Part shown: piece after piece, positions 8,406 to 17,861 of the stretch
Position numbering within the stretch: position 1 is the stretch's first letter
Layout: every line of letters starts with the position of its first letter
Assembly: GCA_964654465.1 (NCBI GenBank)
Contig: CAZZIO010000029.1
Span: forward strand, 12,998-76,997
Reading direction: 5' to 3'
Length of the DNA: 64,000 nucleotides
Source: an uncultured Dictyoglomota bacterium
GTDB lineage: Bacteria; Dictyoglomota; Dictyoglomia; Dictyoglomales; Dictyoglomaceae
The notes under the pieces: generated by a model
Database searches by the model: none
What the model was told of the DNA's origin: nothing
The model's input: only the letters and a program-made list of their open reading frames with translations
Made by a program: the position numbers and the translations under genes

Positions 8406-10118
8406 GGCTTCTTCAGGTTTGGCAAAAATGGTTTTTTCATTTTTATATATTACAAAACCTGGCTTAGCTCCTTTAGGTTTTTGCAAATATCTTCTGAAGG
8501 TATAATCAACAGGTACATAGGTGGAATTTCTTCCTTTACTAAAGTAGGCAGCTAAAGCTCCTGCTTCATATAAAGTGCTATCTGGAACTTCCTTATCTTG
8601 AGCCTTGATTATCACATGAGCACCTGGAATTCCTCTGGCATGTAACCATATATCTTCAGGCTTTGCTAAATTAAAAGTTATATGATCATTTTGTTTATTG
8701 TTCTTACCGACATAAATTTCAAAACCATCGGAGCTTATAAATTTGTAAGGTTCCGATTTTTTGATTTTCTTTTGGCTTTTCTCTTTCTTTTCTTTTATAT
8801 ATCCTTCCTTTTCAAGTTCCTCTTCTATTTCCATTAGTTCTGAGAGGGAATTTGCATTTTCAATAGAAAATTCAATAGAATTTAGATAAAACAATTCTTC
8901 CTCTAATTTACTTTTATAATCTTTCAAAATAGAGATTCCTCTTTTAAGTTTTTTATATTTTTTAAAATATTTTTGGGCGTTTTCAATAGCAGATAGACTT
9001 GGATCTAATTCTATTTCTATATATTCATTAGGATTATAGGGATTAAGAAAGGTTACTTTTTCAAGCCCCTTTCTTATTGAGCTTTGGTTAAGAATAAGAA
9101 TTTCTCCTTTTATTTTAAAGATTTCCGAATCTTCGCCTTCTTTTATTTGAGAATCTAACTCTTTTATTTTTTCCTCAACCTTTTCTATATTGGTTTTTAT
9201 AATTTCCAACAATCTATTTTTTTTCTGAGTGAATAATGCTTTTTCAAAGGCATAAGAATATATATAGTCTACCAATTTATAGACCTTATCAAACTCTTTT
9301 TTCTCTAAATCTTCATACTCTTTGAGGGGAAAAAGGGAGAAAGTAATAGGTTCACCATTTATTAGATAGGCGATAGGTTTGAATTCTCTTCTTATTATTT
9401 TTTCTTTGATATTTAAAAGTCTTTCTTTTAATATATTCTTCTCTGTTAGAGTAAGTATATTTGCCATCTTATTTCCTATATCTTCTATAATTTCATTTAC
9501 TATATGAGGATTCATATGGGATATTTCTTTTAGTATGAGATCTCTTATTGGGATGTCCTTATTTAGAAGACTCTCAAGTTTGTCTTCCGTTAATTCTGAG
9601 ATAGGTATCTTTATGCTTTTAGGGGGATAAATATAGTTTGCTCCAGGTATGACTTCTCGAAATCTGTTTATCTCACTTGGAACATGTTTTATGGCATCTA
9701 TTATTATATTATTCTCATTTACCAGTATGAGATTACTATATTTTCCCATAAGTTCTAATATTACCTTTTTACTTTCTTCAGGAAAGGTTTTAATCTTAAA
9801 TTCTATAATTCTTTCTTGGGGTATTAGGTAATAATCTAAGATTCTTCCCCCCTCCAAATGTTTTCTTAAAAGCATAGAAAAGGAGGGGGGTTTTGATGGG
9901 TATGGGAAATTTTTTCTGGTTAACTGTATTCTATATAATTGGGGATGAACAGAGAGAACTAAATTATATCTTCCATTATGAGGAGAATAAATTTCCCAAA
10001 ATATGTCAGTGCTTCCTATCTGATATATTTTTTCAATGATAGAATCAATTATTATATCTTTTGTCTCCTCATAAAAAACTTCTAATGTTAGTAGATCAAA
10101 GCTTACTTTTAAATTCAT
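8355..10118 (-). CDS. rqcH: RqcH/FbpA NFACT-family ribosome quality control protein
   Basis: LLRKHLEG, ELMGKYSN, ENAQKYFKKYKK, VGKNNKQND, WLHARGIPGAHV, KPKGAKPG. Confidence 0.9.
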   Translation of the reverse strand: MNLKVSFDLLTLEVFYEETKDIIIDSIIEKIYQIGSTDIFWEIYSPHNGRYNLVLSVHPQLYRIQLTRKNFPYPSKPPSFSMLLRKHLEGGRILDYYLIPQERIIEFKIKTFPEESKKVILELMGKYSNLILVNENNIIIDAIKHVPSEINRFREVIPGANYIYPPKSIKIPISELTEDKLESLLNKDIPIRDLILKEISHMNPHIVNEIIEDIGNKMANILTLTEKNILKERLLNIKEKIIRREFKPIAYLINGEPITFSLFPLKEYEDLEKKEFDKVYKLVDYIYSYAFEKALFTQKKNRLLEIIKTNIEKVEEKIKELDSQIKEGEDSEIFKIKGEILILNQSSIRKGLEKVTFLNPYNPNEYIEIELDPSLSAIENAQKYFKKYKKLKRGISILKDYKSKLEEELFYLNSIEFSIENANSLSELMEIEEELEKEGYIKEKKEKSQKKIKKSEPYKFISSDGFEIYVGKNNKQNDHITFNLAKPEDIWLHARGIPGAHVIIKAQDKEVPDSTLYEAGALAAYFSKGRNSTYVPVDYTFRRYLQKPKGAKPGFVIYKNEKTIFAKPEEALIFLSQEFKDSFKVRW

Positions 10119-10121
10119 TTT

Positions 10122-11066
10122 TTATTTAGGTGCATTAGCAAGAATCTTTTCTATTTCGTCTAAAACATCAGGAGATAAAGTAATGTCACCTGCTTTTAAT
10201 GTTTCTTTAAGTTGTTCAGGTCTTGTGGCACCTACTATAGCGGAAGTTATTTCAGGTCTTCTTAATATCCAAGCTAAAGCAAGCTGGGACATAGTTATTC
10301 CTATTTCTTGGGCTAATTTTGTTAATTTTCTAACTTTTTCTATATTTTCTTCATTTAGTTCATTCTTAAGCCAATCGCTCCATTCTGCTCTGCTTCCTGC
10401 AGGGATTCCATTATTATATTTTCCAGTTAATATTCCTTGGGCAAGAGGAGAAAATACTGTAATACCTATTCCATGTTTTGCACATGTGGGTATGATTTCT
10501 GGCTCTATATGTCTATCCAGCATATTGTAGCGAGGTTGTTCTACTTGAGGTAAGTAAGCATTGTATTTAATGGCAGTACCTACTGCACTTTCAATTTGGG
10601 CAGCTGTCCATACACTGGTTCCCCAATATAATATTTTACCTTGATGAACAAGATCATCCATAGCTCTTACAACTTCATCGATGGGAGTTTCAGGGTCAAA
10701 TCGGTGACAGAAATATAGGTCTAAATAGTCTACTCCAAGTCTTTTTAGAGATCCATCTATAGATTCCATAATGTGCTTTCTTGATAGTCCCCGATCATTA
10801 ATATTATCACTCATAGGCCAGTATACTTTACTGGAGATAACAAGATCTTGTCTTCTAAAGTCCTTTAATATTTTACCGACTACCCTTTCTGCTTCTCCTT
10901 TTGCGTATACATCTGCAAGATCTATAAAATTTACACCATTATCTATTGCTGTAAATATACATTCCCTTGTACGGTCATAATCTACCTTCTCTCCAAAGGT
11001 AAGCCATGCTCCAAGTCCAATTACGCTTAACTTTATTCCTGCTCTACCTAATTTTCTATATTGCAT
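10122..11066 (-). CDS. Aldo/keto reductase (Kv-beta-like)
   Basis: YRKLGRAG, DLADVYAKG, SLKRLGVDYLDLYFCHR, GKILYWGTS, SPLAQGILTGKY. Confidence 0.9.
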   Translation of the reverse strand: MQYRKLGRAGIKLSVIGLGAWLTFGEKVDYDRTRECIFTAIDNGVNFIDLADVYAKGEAERVVGKILKDFRRQDLVISSKVYWPMSDNINDRGLSRKHIMESIDGSLKRLGVDYLDLYFCHRFDPETPIDEVVRAMDDLVHQGKILYWGTSVWTAAQIESAVGTAIKYNAYLPQVEQPRYNMLDRHIEPEIIPTCAKHGIGITVFSPLAQGILTGKYNNGIPAGSRAEWSDWLKNELNEENIEKVRKLTKLAQEIGITMSQLALAWILRRPEITSAIVGATRPEQLKETLKAGDITLSPDVLDEIEKILANAPK

Positions 11067-11081
11067 TTTGGAAACCTCCTT

Positions 11082-11378
11082 TTATAAATTTTTTATTTCT
11101 AAAATTTCTCCATTTTCGGTTTCTTTTGAAAGTATACTCCAGTTTGGTGAAAACTCAATATGTAGTCTCATTAAGTTGGGACATTTTGTTCCTAATACAT
11201 CTTTGTATAGATCATATTTTATAATCTGATCCGTTTCCCCAAATTCAGGATTTGCTTCTTCCTTAGGTCTTATTCTTACATCTATGATTTCTCCACATCT
11301 TTTACATTTTACTGATACAATGAAACTTTGAGATAGAGTGGTTGTGGAAGAGAAAAGTTTTTTAAGCCAATTAAACAT
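11082..11378 (-). CDS. Conserved hypothetical protein with CxxC
   Basis: 98 aa, SD GGAGG, VKCKRCGE motif, co-oriented with the AKR gene. Confidence 0.7.
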   Translation of the reverse strand: MFNWLKKLFSSTTTLSQSFIVSVKCKRCGEIIDVRIRPKEEANPEFGETDQIIKYDLYKDVLGTKCPNLMRLHIEFSPNWSILSKETENGEILEIKNL

Positions 11379-11482
11379 TTCTCAAAGACCTCCATTTTTA
11401 TTCAGATTTTTCATATTTCTATTTTAACATTAACAAAGATATTATTGACAAATTAAACAGATTGTTGTTAAATTATAGTAGA

Positions 11483-11505
11483 ATTATTTTCAATGAGGAA
11501 CTAAT
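11483..11505 (+). promoter_or_regulatory. ROK-type operator ATTATTT-N9-AACTAAT downstream of TTGACA (11445-11450)
   Basis: TT-N9-AA architecture as in NagC/Mlc-type sites; arms 6/7 symmetric; lies just before the ROK gene SD. Confidence 0.5.
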
Positions 11506-11524
11506 AGAAAGGAAATTAGTATTT

Positions 11525-12715
11525 ATGGTATTTATAAGAACAGGGAGAGGCAGTAGAGCGAATCAGCAAAGGGAAGTTAATAAAACTATAGTTTTAAATG
11601 CTTTTTTGAGATGTAGAAATATCTCTCGTACAGAACTTGCCAGAAGGTTTAGTCTTAGTAAAAGTACAATTACAAGGCTTATAAACAGTCTTATTTCTGA
11701 AGGAATGATTGTAGAGATTCAACCTTATGTAACCAAGAGGATTGGTAGAAGGGCTATAATGTTAGGGTTAAATCCTGATTATCGGAATGTTATAGCTATA
11801 AAAGTAGGTGTTACTCATTCTACCATTGCAAGGGTTGATTTCTCTATGAAAATAAGGTCTGTAAAAAGTTTTGTAACGCCCAAAAATCCTAATGAGTTTA
11901 TAGATAAAGTAGTTCAATATACAAAGGAGCTGTTCCCTGATGGTCTTGGTAAGACTCACGCTATGGGTATAGGAATTCCTGGAATAGTGGATAATACTTT
12001 TAAGAATGTAGTAGTAGCTCCCAATATTAATTGGAGGAATTTACCCCTTGGAGATATGATAACAGAAAGATTCAGAAGGGAATTTTCTGTTGATATTCCT
12101 GTGAAAATGGATAATGAGGCAAATATGGCAGTGGTTGCAGAAGGAATGTTGGGGGAAAGAATAGAATTATCTGATGCAAATATTGTGTACATATTTATAG
12201 GAGAAGGTGTGGGAACAGGACTAATATTAGAGGGGAAACTCTATCGTGGGAAGGCAAATACAGCAGGTGAATTTGGGCATATGACAGTAAGTAGAGATGG
12301 AATAAAGTGTAAATGCGGAAATTTGGGATGTTGGGAAAGATATGCATCTTTGGGAAGTGATAATGCGAAAAAGGCTGGATTTGATCTTGAAAAAGAATTT
12401 GCAGAGATTCAAGATGAGAAAGTTTTAGATTCTTATATTGAGGATATAAGTATTGGAATAATAAATATAATAAATGGTCTTAATCCTGATGTAATTATCC
12501 TTGGTGGTCCACTTATAAAGAACGATACAAAGGAGATTTGGGAAAATATAAGACAGAAACTGGTTGATATAGTAAGGCGGAAAAGTATAACTGAAGATGC
12601 TGGCAAAGTTAAGATAGAGCTTACTTCTTTCCTGGAATATCCTGCAGAGCTTATTGGAGCAGGTATTTGGGCTTTCTGGGATATATTTGAAGGGCCAGTA
12701 CTTTCAACTATGTAA
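11525..12715 (+). CDS. ROK family transcriptional repressor (start moved to ATG 11525)
   Basis: N-terminal HTH ISRTELA...LSKSTIT, GIGIPG, DNEAN, GEFGH, CKCGNLGCWE. Confidence 0.9.
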   Translation: MVFIRTGRGSRANQQREVNKTIVLNAFLRCRNISRTELARRFSLSKSTITRLINSLISEGMIVEIQPYVTKRIGRRAIMLGLNPDYRNVIAIKVGVTHSTIARVDFSMKIRSVKSFVTPKNPNEFIDKVVQYTKELFPDGLGKTHAMGIGIPGIVDNTFKNVVVAPNINWRNLPLGDMITERFRREFSVDIPVKMDNEANMAVVAEGMLGERIELSDANIVYIFIGEGVGTGLILEGKLYRGKANTAGEFGHMTVSRDGIKCKCGNLGCWERYASLGSDNAKKAGFDLEKEFAEIQDEKVLDSYIEDISIGIINIINGLNPDVIILGGPLIKNDTKEIWENIRQKLVDIVRRKSITEDAGKVKIELTSFLEYPAELIGAGIWAFWDIFEGPVLSTM

Positions 12716-12810
12716 GATAATGTATATTTAAACCCCACAAAAAAGGAGGTGTCTATCCTAATATCCTTTATCCTTAGATTCTAAAATTCTATTTGGGGGG
12801 AGGTTTTATT

Positions 12811-14055
12811 ATGTATCGTAAAATTTTAAGTCTTTTGTTAATCTTTTTAGTACTATTGACTTTTACATCCATTGCTCAATCAAAAGGTAAATTAGAAATT
12901 TTTAGTTGGTGGACTGCAGGAGGAGAGGCTGAGGGACTTCAGGCTTTGATTGAAATTTTCCAGAAAAAATATCCTGGTGTAGAAGTTATTAATGCTACAG
13001 TGGCAGGAGGAGCTGGTGCAAATGCAAAGGCAGTTCTTAAGACAAGAATGTTGGGTGGAGATCCACCAGACACATTCCAAGTTCATGCAGGTCATGAGTT
13101 AATAGATACATGGGTAAAAACAGGGTTTATGGAGCCTATAACTTTCCTCTATAAGCAAGAAGGTTGGGAGAAAGTAATGCCAAAAGGTATACTTGACATT
13201 GTGTCTTATAATGGACAGTACTGGTCTGTACCAGTAAATATTCATAGAGCTAATGTATTATGGTATAACAAAAAGATTTTTGCAGAGAACAATTTAACTC
13301 CACCTAAGACTTTTGACGAGTTCTTTAAGGTAGCTGAAGTATTGAAAGCTAAAGGAATTACACCTTTTGCTCTTGGAACAAAAGATGGATGGGAAGCTGC
13401 TCATGTATTTGAGACTGTATTGATTGGAAAACTTGGTGCTGAGGGATATAAGGGATTATGGAATGGAAAAACAAAGTGGTCCGATCCTAAGGTGACTGAT
13501 GCTTTAGAAACCTTTAAGAAAATGTTAAGTTATGTAAATTCTGATCACTCAGCAAGGACATGGGATGAAGCTTGTGCATTAATTGTAGATGGTTCTGCAG
13601 CTATGACTATCATGGGAGACTGGGCTGTCGGTTATTTCTATGCTAAGGGATTTGAAGATTTTGGATGGGTTCTTGCTCCTGGTAATGCTGGAGTTTTTGA
13701 TGCTTTATCTGATAGTTTTGGACTTCCAAAAGGAGCTAAAAATAGAAATAATGTTATAGCCTTCTTGAAAGTTCTTGGATCAAAGGAAGGACAAGAAGCT
13801 TTTAATCTTAAGAAAGGATCAATTCCAGCAAGGACAGATGTTGATAAATCTAAATTCCCAGCTTATCAGAGATCTTGTATGGATGATTGGTTAAAGCATA
13901 AGATAGTTCCAAGCGTAATGCATGGTGCAGCCGCTTCTGAAGGATGGGTAACAGAATTTAAGGATGTGATTTCCCTCTTTGTGGTAAGACCAGATGTAAA
14001 GACTACCCAGAGAGCCCTTGTTAATGTGGCTATTAAAAATGGAGTAAAACAATAA
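12811..14055 (+). CDS. Sugar ABC transporter substrate-binding protein, glucose/mannose type
   Basis: Signal peptide; LEIFSWW..GGE, VINATVAGGAG, RMLGGDPPDTFQVHAG, as I recall from Thermus-type glucose-binding proteins; ATG 12811 after SD GGGAGG. Confidence 0.85.
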   Translation: MYRKILSLLLIFLVLLTFTSIAQSKGKLEIFSWWTAGGEAEGLQALIEIFQKKYPGVEVINATVAGGAGANAKAVLKTRMLGGDPPDTFQVHAGHELIDTWVKTGFMEPITFLYKQEGWEKVMPKGILDIVSYNGQYWSVPVNIHRANVLWYNKKIFAENNLTPPKTFDEFFKVAEVLKAKGITPFALGTKDGWEAAHVFETVLIGKLGAEGYKGLWNGKTKWSDPKVTDALETFKKMLSYVNSDHSARTWDEACALIVDGSAAMTIMGDWAVGYFYAKGFEDFGWVLAPGNAGVFDALSDSFGLPKGAKNRNNVIAFLKVLGSKEGQEAFNLKKGSIPARTDVDKSKFPAYQRSCMDDWLKHKIVPSVMHGAAASEGWVTEFKDVISLFVVRPDVKTTQRALVNVAIKNGVKQ

Positions 14056-14068
14056 GAGAATTTTTAAG

Positions 14069-14091
14069 GGGGGAGGGTTTTACTCTCCCCC
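14069..14091 (+). terminator. Intercistronic hairpin after the binding-protein gene
   Basis: GGGGGAGGGT-ttt-ACTCTCCCCC, no U-tract, consistent with a stabiliser or partial terminator. Confidence 0.55.
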
Positions 14092-14106
14092 TGATAACTT
14101 TTAAGG

Positions 14107-15006
14107 GTGGTGAAGATATTGCAAAAGGATAAATTGTATTCTTTTCTTTTTATTCTTCCATCAATCATATTGATAGCTATTTTTGTGTATTTTTTTATTT
14201 TTTGGACTGGATTTATTTCTCTTACTGATTGGAATGATATATTTCCAAGTTTTAGTATCGTTGGATTAAAAAATTACATAGAACTTTTTCAGAATCTTCG
14301 CTTTCAAATATCTATGAAAAATACATTAGTTTTTACAGCTCTATTTCTTATATCATCTTTAATTTTAGGTTTTCTTCTTGCCATCCTTTTAGATCAAAAG
14401 ATAAAAGGAGAAAACATATTTAGAAATATTTATCTGTTCCCTATGGCTATATCTTTTGTAGTAACAGGTGTTATATGGAGATGGATATTAAATCCTGGTA
14501 CTATAAATAATCCTATTGGGCTAAACCAAATCTTGGATAAAATTGGGCTTTCTTTCTTGAAAAGTGGCTGGTACACAGATCCAAAAATAGGAATAAAAGC
14601 TGTAGTTATAGCTGCAGTATGGCAAATGTCAGGATATGTAATGGCTATGTATTTAGCTGGAATAAGAGGAATTCCAAATGAATTATTTGAGGCAGCTCAG
14701 GTAGATGGAGCTAATATGTGGCAAGTTTATCGATATATTGTTTTACCTCTCTTAAGGCCAATAACCTTGGGTGCCATAATAGTTTTAGGCCATATATCTT
14801 TAAAAATTTTTGATCTGGTTGTTGCAATGACAGGTTCTGGAGCAGGTTTTTCTTGTGATGTTCCTGCCTTATTCATGTATGATACTACCTTTAGAGGGAA
14901 TCATTTTGCACAAGGAGCAAGTATAGCAATAATTCTTCTTTTAATGGTGGGGGTTTTAATTATTCCTTATCTAAAATATAGCCTCAAATCGGAGGTTAAG
15001 AGATAA
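14107..15006 (+). CDS. Sugar ABC transporter permease (MalF-like)
   Basis: Multiple TM segments; EAA loop ELFEAAQVDGAN. Confidence 0.9.
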   Translation: MVKILQKDKLYSFLFILPSIILIAIFVYFFIFWTGFISLTDWNDIFPSFSIVGLKNYIELFQNLRFQISMKNTLVFTALFLISSLILGFLLAILLDQKIKGENIFRNIYLFPMAISFVVTGVIWRWILNPGTINNPIGLNQILDKIGLSFLKSGWYTDPKIGIKAVVIAAVWQMSGYVMAMYLAGIRGIPNELFEAAQVDGANMWQVYRYIVLPLLRPITLGAIIVLGHISLKIFDLVVAMTGSGAGFSCDVPALFMYDTTFRGNHFAQGASIAIILLLMVGVLIIPYLKYSLKSEVKR

Positions 15007-15848
15007 TGAGATTAGGAAGATTATTAATATATTTTTTCCTGATACTTTTTGCAATCTTTTACTTGACACCCGTATATGTGCTTGTGGTTACAAGTCTAAA
15101 AAGTTTTGCAGAAGTTGATCTTAAGACCATGTGGAGACTTCCCAAAACTATTAGTTTTGAAAGTTTTATACAGGCATGGAAAGGAGATCCAAAGAGAGGA
15201 CTTAGGGGGCTTTCTCAGAATTTTATGAATAGTGTGTATTTGGTTATTCCTGCTACTATTCTTTCTGCCTTCTTGGGTTCTATGAATGGTTATGTACTTA
15301 CAAAATGGAGATTTAAAGGAGCAGATATACTTTTTCCTATGCTTTTATTTGGTATGTTCATACCTTATCAAAGTATTCTTATACCTTTAGTGCAGGTATT
15401 ACAGAAGATAAAACTTTATAGTACTATTTCAGGTCTTATATTTGTGCATATAGTATATGGTATTCCAATAACTACCCTTATTTTTAGAAATTATTACTCT
15501 ACTATTCCTTCAGAACTGATAGAAGCTGCTAAAATAGACGGGGCAGATTTTGTTGGTATTTATAGGAGAATTGTTCTTCCAGTGTCTATGCCTGCATTTG
15601 CTGTGGTTATGATATGGCAATTTACTTCTATATGGAATGATTTCTTATTTGGACTTGTAGTTGCCCCTAATCCTTCTGTTCAGCCTATTACAGTAGCTTT
15701 GAATAATCTTGCAGGAAGTTATTTTGTACAATGGAATATTCAGATGGCAGGTGCTTTAATAACAGCTTTGCCTCCTCTTTTAGTATATATATTTCTTGGT
15801 AGATATTTTATGCGAGGCTTGCTATCAGGTTCTTTGTCAGGTATTTAA
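15006..15848 (+). CDS. Sugar ABC transporter permease (MalG-like)
   Basis: ELIEAAKIDGA, IWNDFL. Confidence 0.9.
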   Translation: MRLGRLLIYFFLILFAIFYLTPVYVLVVTSLKSFAEVDLKTMWRLPKTISFESFIQAWKGDPKRGLRGLSQNFMNSVYLVIPATILSAFLGSMNGYVLTKWRFKGADILFPMLLFGMFIPYQSILIPLVQVLQKIKLYSTISGLIFVHIVYGIPITTLIFRNYYSTIPSELIEAAKIDGADFVGIYRRIVLPVSMPAFAVVMIWQFTSIWNDFLFGLVVAPNPSVQPITVALNNLAGSYFVQWNIQMAGALITALPPLLVYIFLGRYFMRGLLSGSLSGI

Positions 15849-15852
15849 TAAG

Positions 15853-15890
15853 AAAGGGGAGCCTTTTAATATAAAAGCTCCCCCCTTTTT
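15853..15890. terminator. Likely bidirectional intrinsic terminator between the ABC operon and the phosphorylase
   Basis: GGGGAGC...GCTCCCC stem with A-run before and T-run after, between convergent genes. Confidence 0.7.
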
Positions 15891-15892
15891 AT

Positions 15893-17605
15893 TTATCTAT
15901 TTTTAAAATATGCTTCTGTAATATATCTCTTCATCATCCTATGCGTATTGAAGTATGAGGCTAAATTAGAGATAGAGTTTTTCATGATTTTAATCCAATC
16001 ATCGCAATGATGATAATAGGTTGGTAAAATTATATATTCAAGCTTATTATATAAATCATCAATTTCTTCTTGAACATGATTTTCTAAGCTTTTTTCCTCC
16101 AATGGTGAGGGACCAATGGACCAACCAGTATATCCTTCTACATGGCCTTCTATCCACCAACCATCTAGTACACTAAAGTTAATTACACCATTATGAGCGG
16201 CCTTCATGCCACTGGTACCAGAAGCTTCTAATGGTCTTTGGGGGGTGTTTAACCATACATCTACACCTGCTACAATCTTTTTAGCCATATCCATATTATA
16301 ATCTTGTAAATATACAATTTTGATATCTTTTTCTAATTCTTTGATGTATTCATATATTTCTTTAATTAGTTTTTTACCTTCTATGTCTTTGGGATGAGCT
16401 TTACCAGCATAAACAATCTGAATAGGTCCTTTTCTTTTTACCTTTTTAAGTCTATTAATGTCAGAAAATAAAAGGTGGGGTCTTTTATATGCTGTAGCTC
16501 TTCTTGCAAAACCTATTGTTAACACATTTTCTTCAAATTTTACTCCTGTTTGGGCATATATATAATCTATAAGATCCCTTTTAGCTCGTTTATGGGCAAG
16601 CCAAATTTCCTCGCTTGGAATAAATTGGGCTCTTGTAAGAAGTTCGGGTTCAGTTGCCCATCCTGGAATATATTTGTCAAAAAGTTCTCGAAATGGGGTA
16701 GAAGTCCAAGTAAAGGAATGAACTCCATTAGTTATGGCATATATTCTATGGCCAGGGAACATGGAAAGAGATATTTCTTGATGCCTTTTTGCAACACCAT
16801 TTATATATCCGGAAAGATTTAAAGCAAGAAGAGTCATATTAAGAACATTTTCTCCTGCGAATTTTTTAATTAAATCTATAGAGATATAATTTCCCAAAAT
16901 TCTTGAAACAAGGTCGTATGTAAATTTATCATGTCCAGCCTCTACAGGAGTATGGGTTGTAAAAATACATTTCTCCTTGACATTCTCTACTACTTCTTCT
17001 AAGGATTTACCATTATTTAATTCATCTTTTAAAAGTTCTAAGGTGAGAAGAGCAGAATGTCCTTCATTTAAATGATATTTTCTAATTCTAAGTCCTAACT
17101 CTTTTAATACTTTTGCTCCTCCTATTCCCAATACTATTTCTTGCTTTAGACGGTAGGATAGATCGCCACCATATAGGATATCAGTAATAGTTTTATCTTC
17201 TTCAGAATTTTCTGGTAGATTGGTATCTAAGAATATGACAGGTACAACATGTCCGTGAATAGACTTCCAATAGTATACCCAAGGTTGAATATATACTTTT
17301 CTACCTTCAATTTCAACAAAGGTTTTAATTGGAAGAGGAGACATATATTTTTCTGGATCCCAGGTAGCTGGTTGTTCTATTTGAGTACCATCTTCTTTTA
17401 TTACTTGTTTAAAATATCCTTTTCTACTTATCTGAGTAATTCCAATAAATGGAATGTTTAAATCAGCAGCTGTTCTTACTGTATCACCTGCTAGAACACC
17501 TAAGCCTCCACTATATGTTGGTATATCAGAAGTTAAAGCTATTTCCATAGAGAAGTAGGCAATAACCTCTTCTTTTTTTAAACGGTCAAATATGGCTGTA
17601 TTCAA
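15893..17605 (-). CDS. glgP: Alpha-glucan (glycogen/maltodextrin) phosphorylase, short form
   Basis: YSGGLGVLAGD, HLNEGH, FTTHTP, ITNGVH, YAGKAHP, EASGTSGMKAA PLP site; TTG start with SD GGAGG. Confidence 0.92.
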   Translation of the reverse strand: MNTAIFDRLKKEEVIAYFSMEIALTSDIPTYSGGLGVLAGDTVRTAADLNIPFIGITQISRKGYFKQVIKEDGTQIEQPATWDPEKYMSPLPIKTFVEIEGRKVYIQPWVYYWKSIHGHVVPVIFLDTNLPENSEEDKTITDILYGGDLSYRLKQEIVLGIGGAKVLKELGLRIRKYHLNEGHSALLTLELLKDELNNGKSLEEVVENVKEKCIFTTHTPVEAGHDKFTYDLVSRILGNYISIDLIKKFAGENVLNMTLLALNLSGYINGVAKRHQEISLSMFPGHRIYAITNGVHSFTWTSTPFRELFDKYIPGWATEPELLTRAQFIPSEEIWLAHKRAKRDLIDYIYAQTGVKFEENVLTIGFARRATAYKRPHLLFSDINRLKKVKRKGPIQIVYAGKAHPKDIEGKKLIKEIYEYIKELEKDIKIVYLQDYNMDMAKKIVAGVDVWLNTPQRPLEASGTSGMKAAHNGVINFSVLDGWWIEGHVEGYTGWSIGPSPLEEKSLENHVQEEIDDLYNKLEYIILPTYYHHCDDWIKIMKNSISNLASYFNTHRMMKRYITEAYFKNR

Positions 17606-17793
17606 TCTCTCATACCTCCCTTTTTTTGTTTTAAATTCTTCTTAATAATATAACAAAAATCATGCGACTTCAAATAGGTAAAATTAAACGAATATTAGAA
17701 GATAACAGGTTTTTATTAATTCTTAACACATGTTAGTTATATATAAAATATTTTACTTTTAGTAAAATATGATAAAATTTATAGATCTTAATA

Positions 17794-17822
17794 TTGAAAA
17801 ATATAAAATTTTATTTTATAAT
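17794..17822 (+). promoter_or_regulatory. Putative sigma70 promoter of the DUF4097 gene
   Basis: TTGAAA-N17-TATAAT. Confidence 0.6.
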
Positions 17823-17861
17823 TATTAAAAATCTATATTAATAAATGGAGGTATAAGGAAT

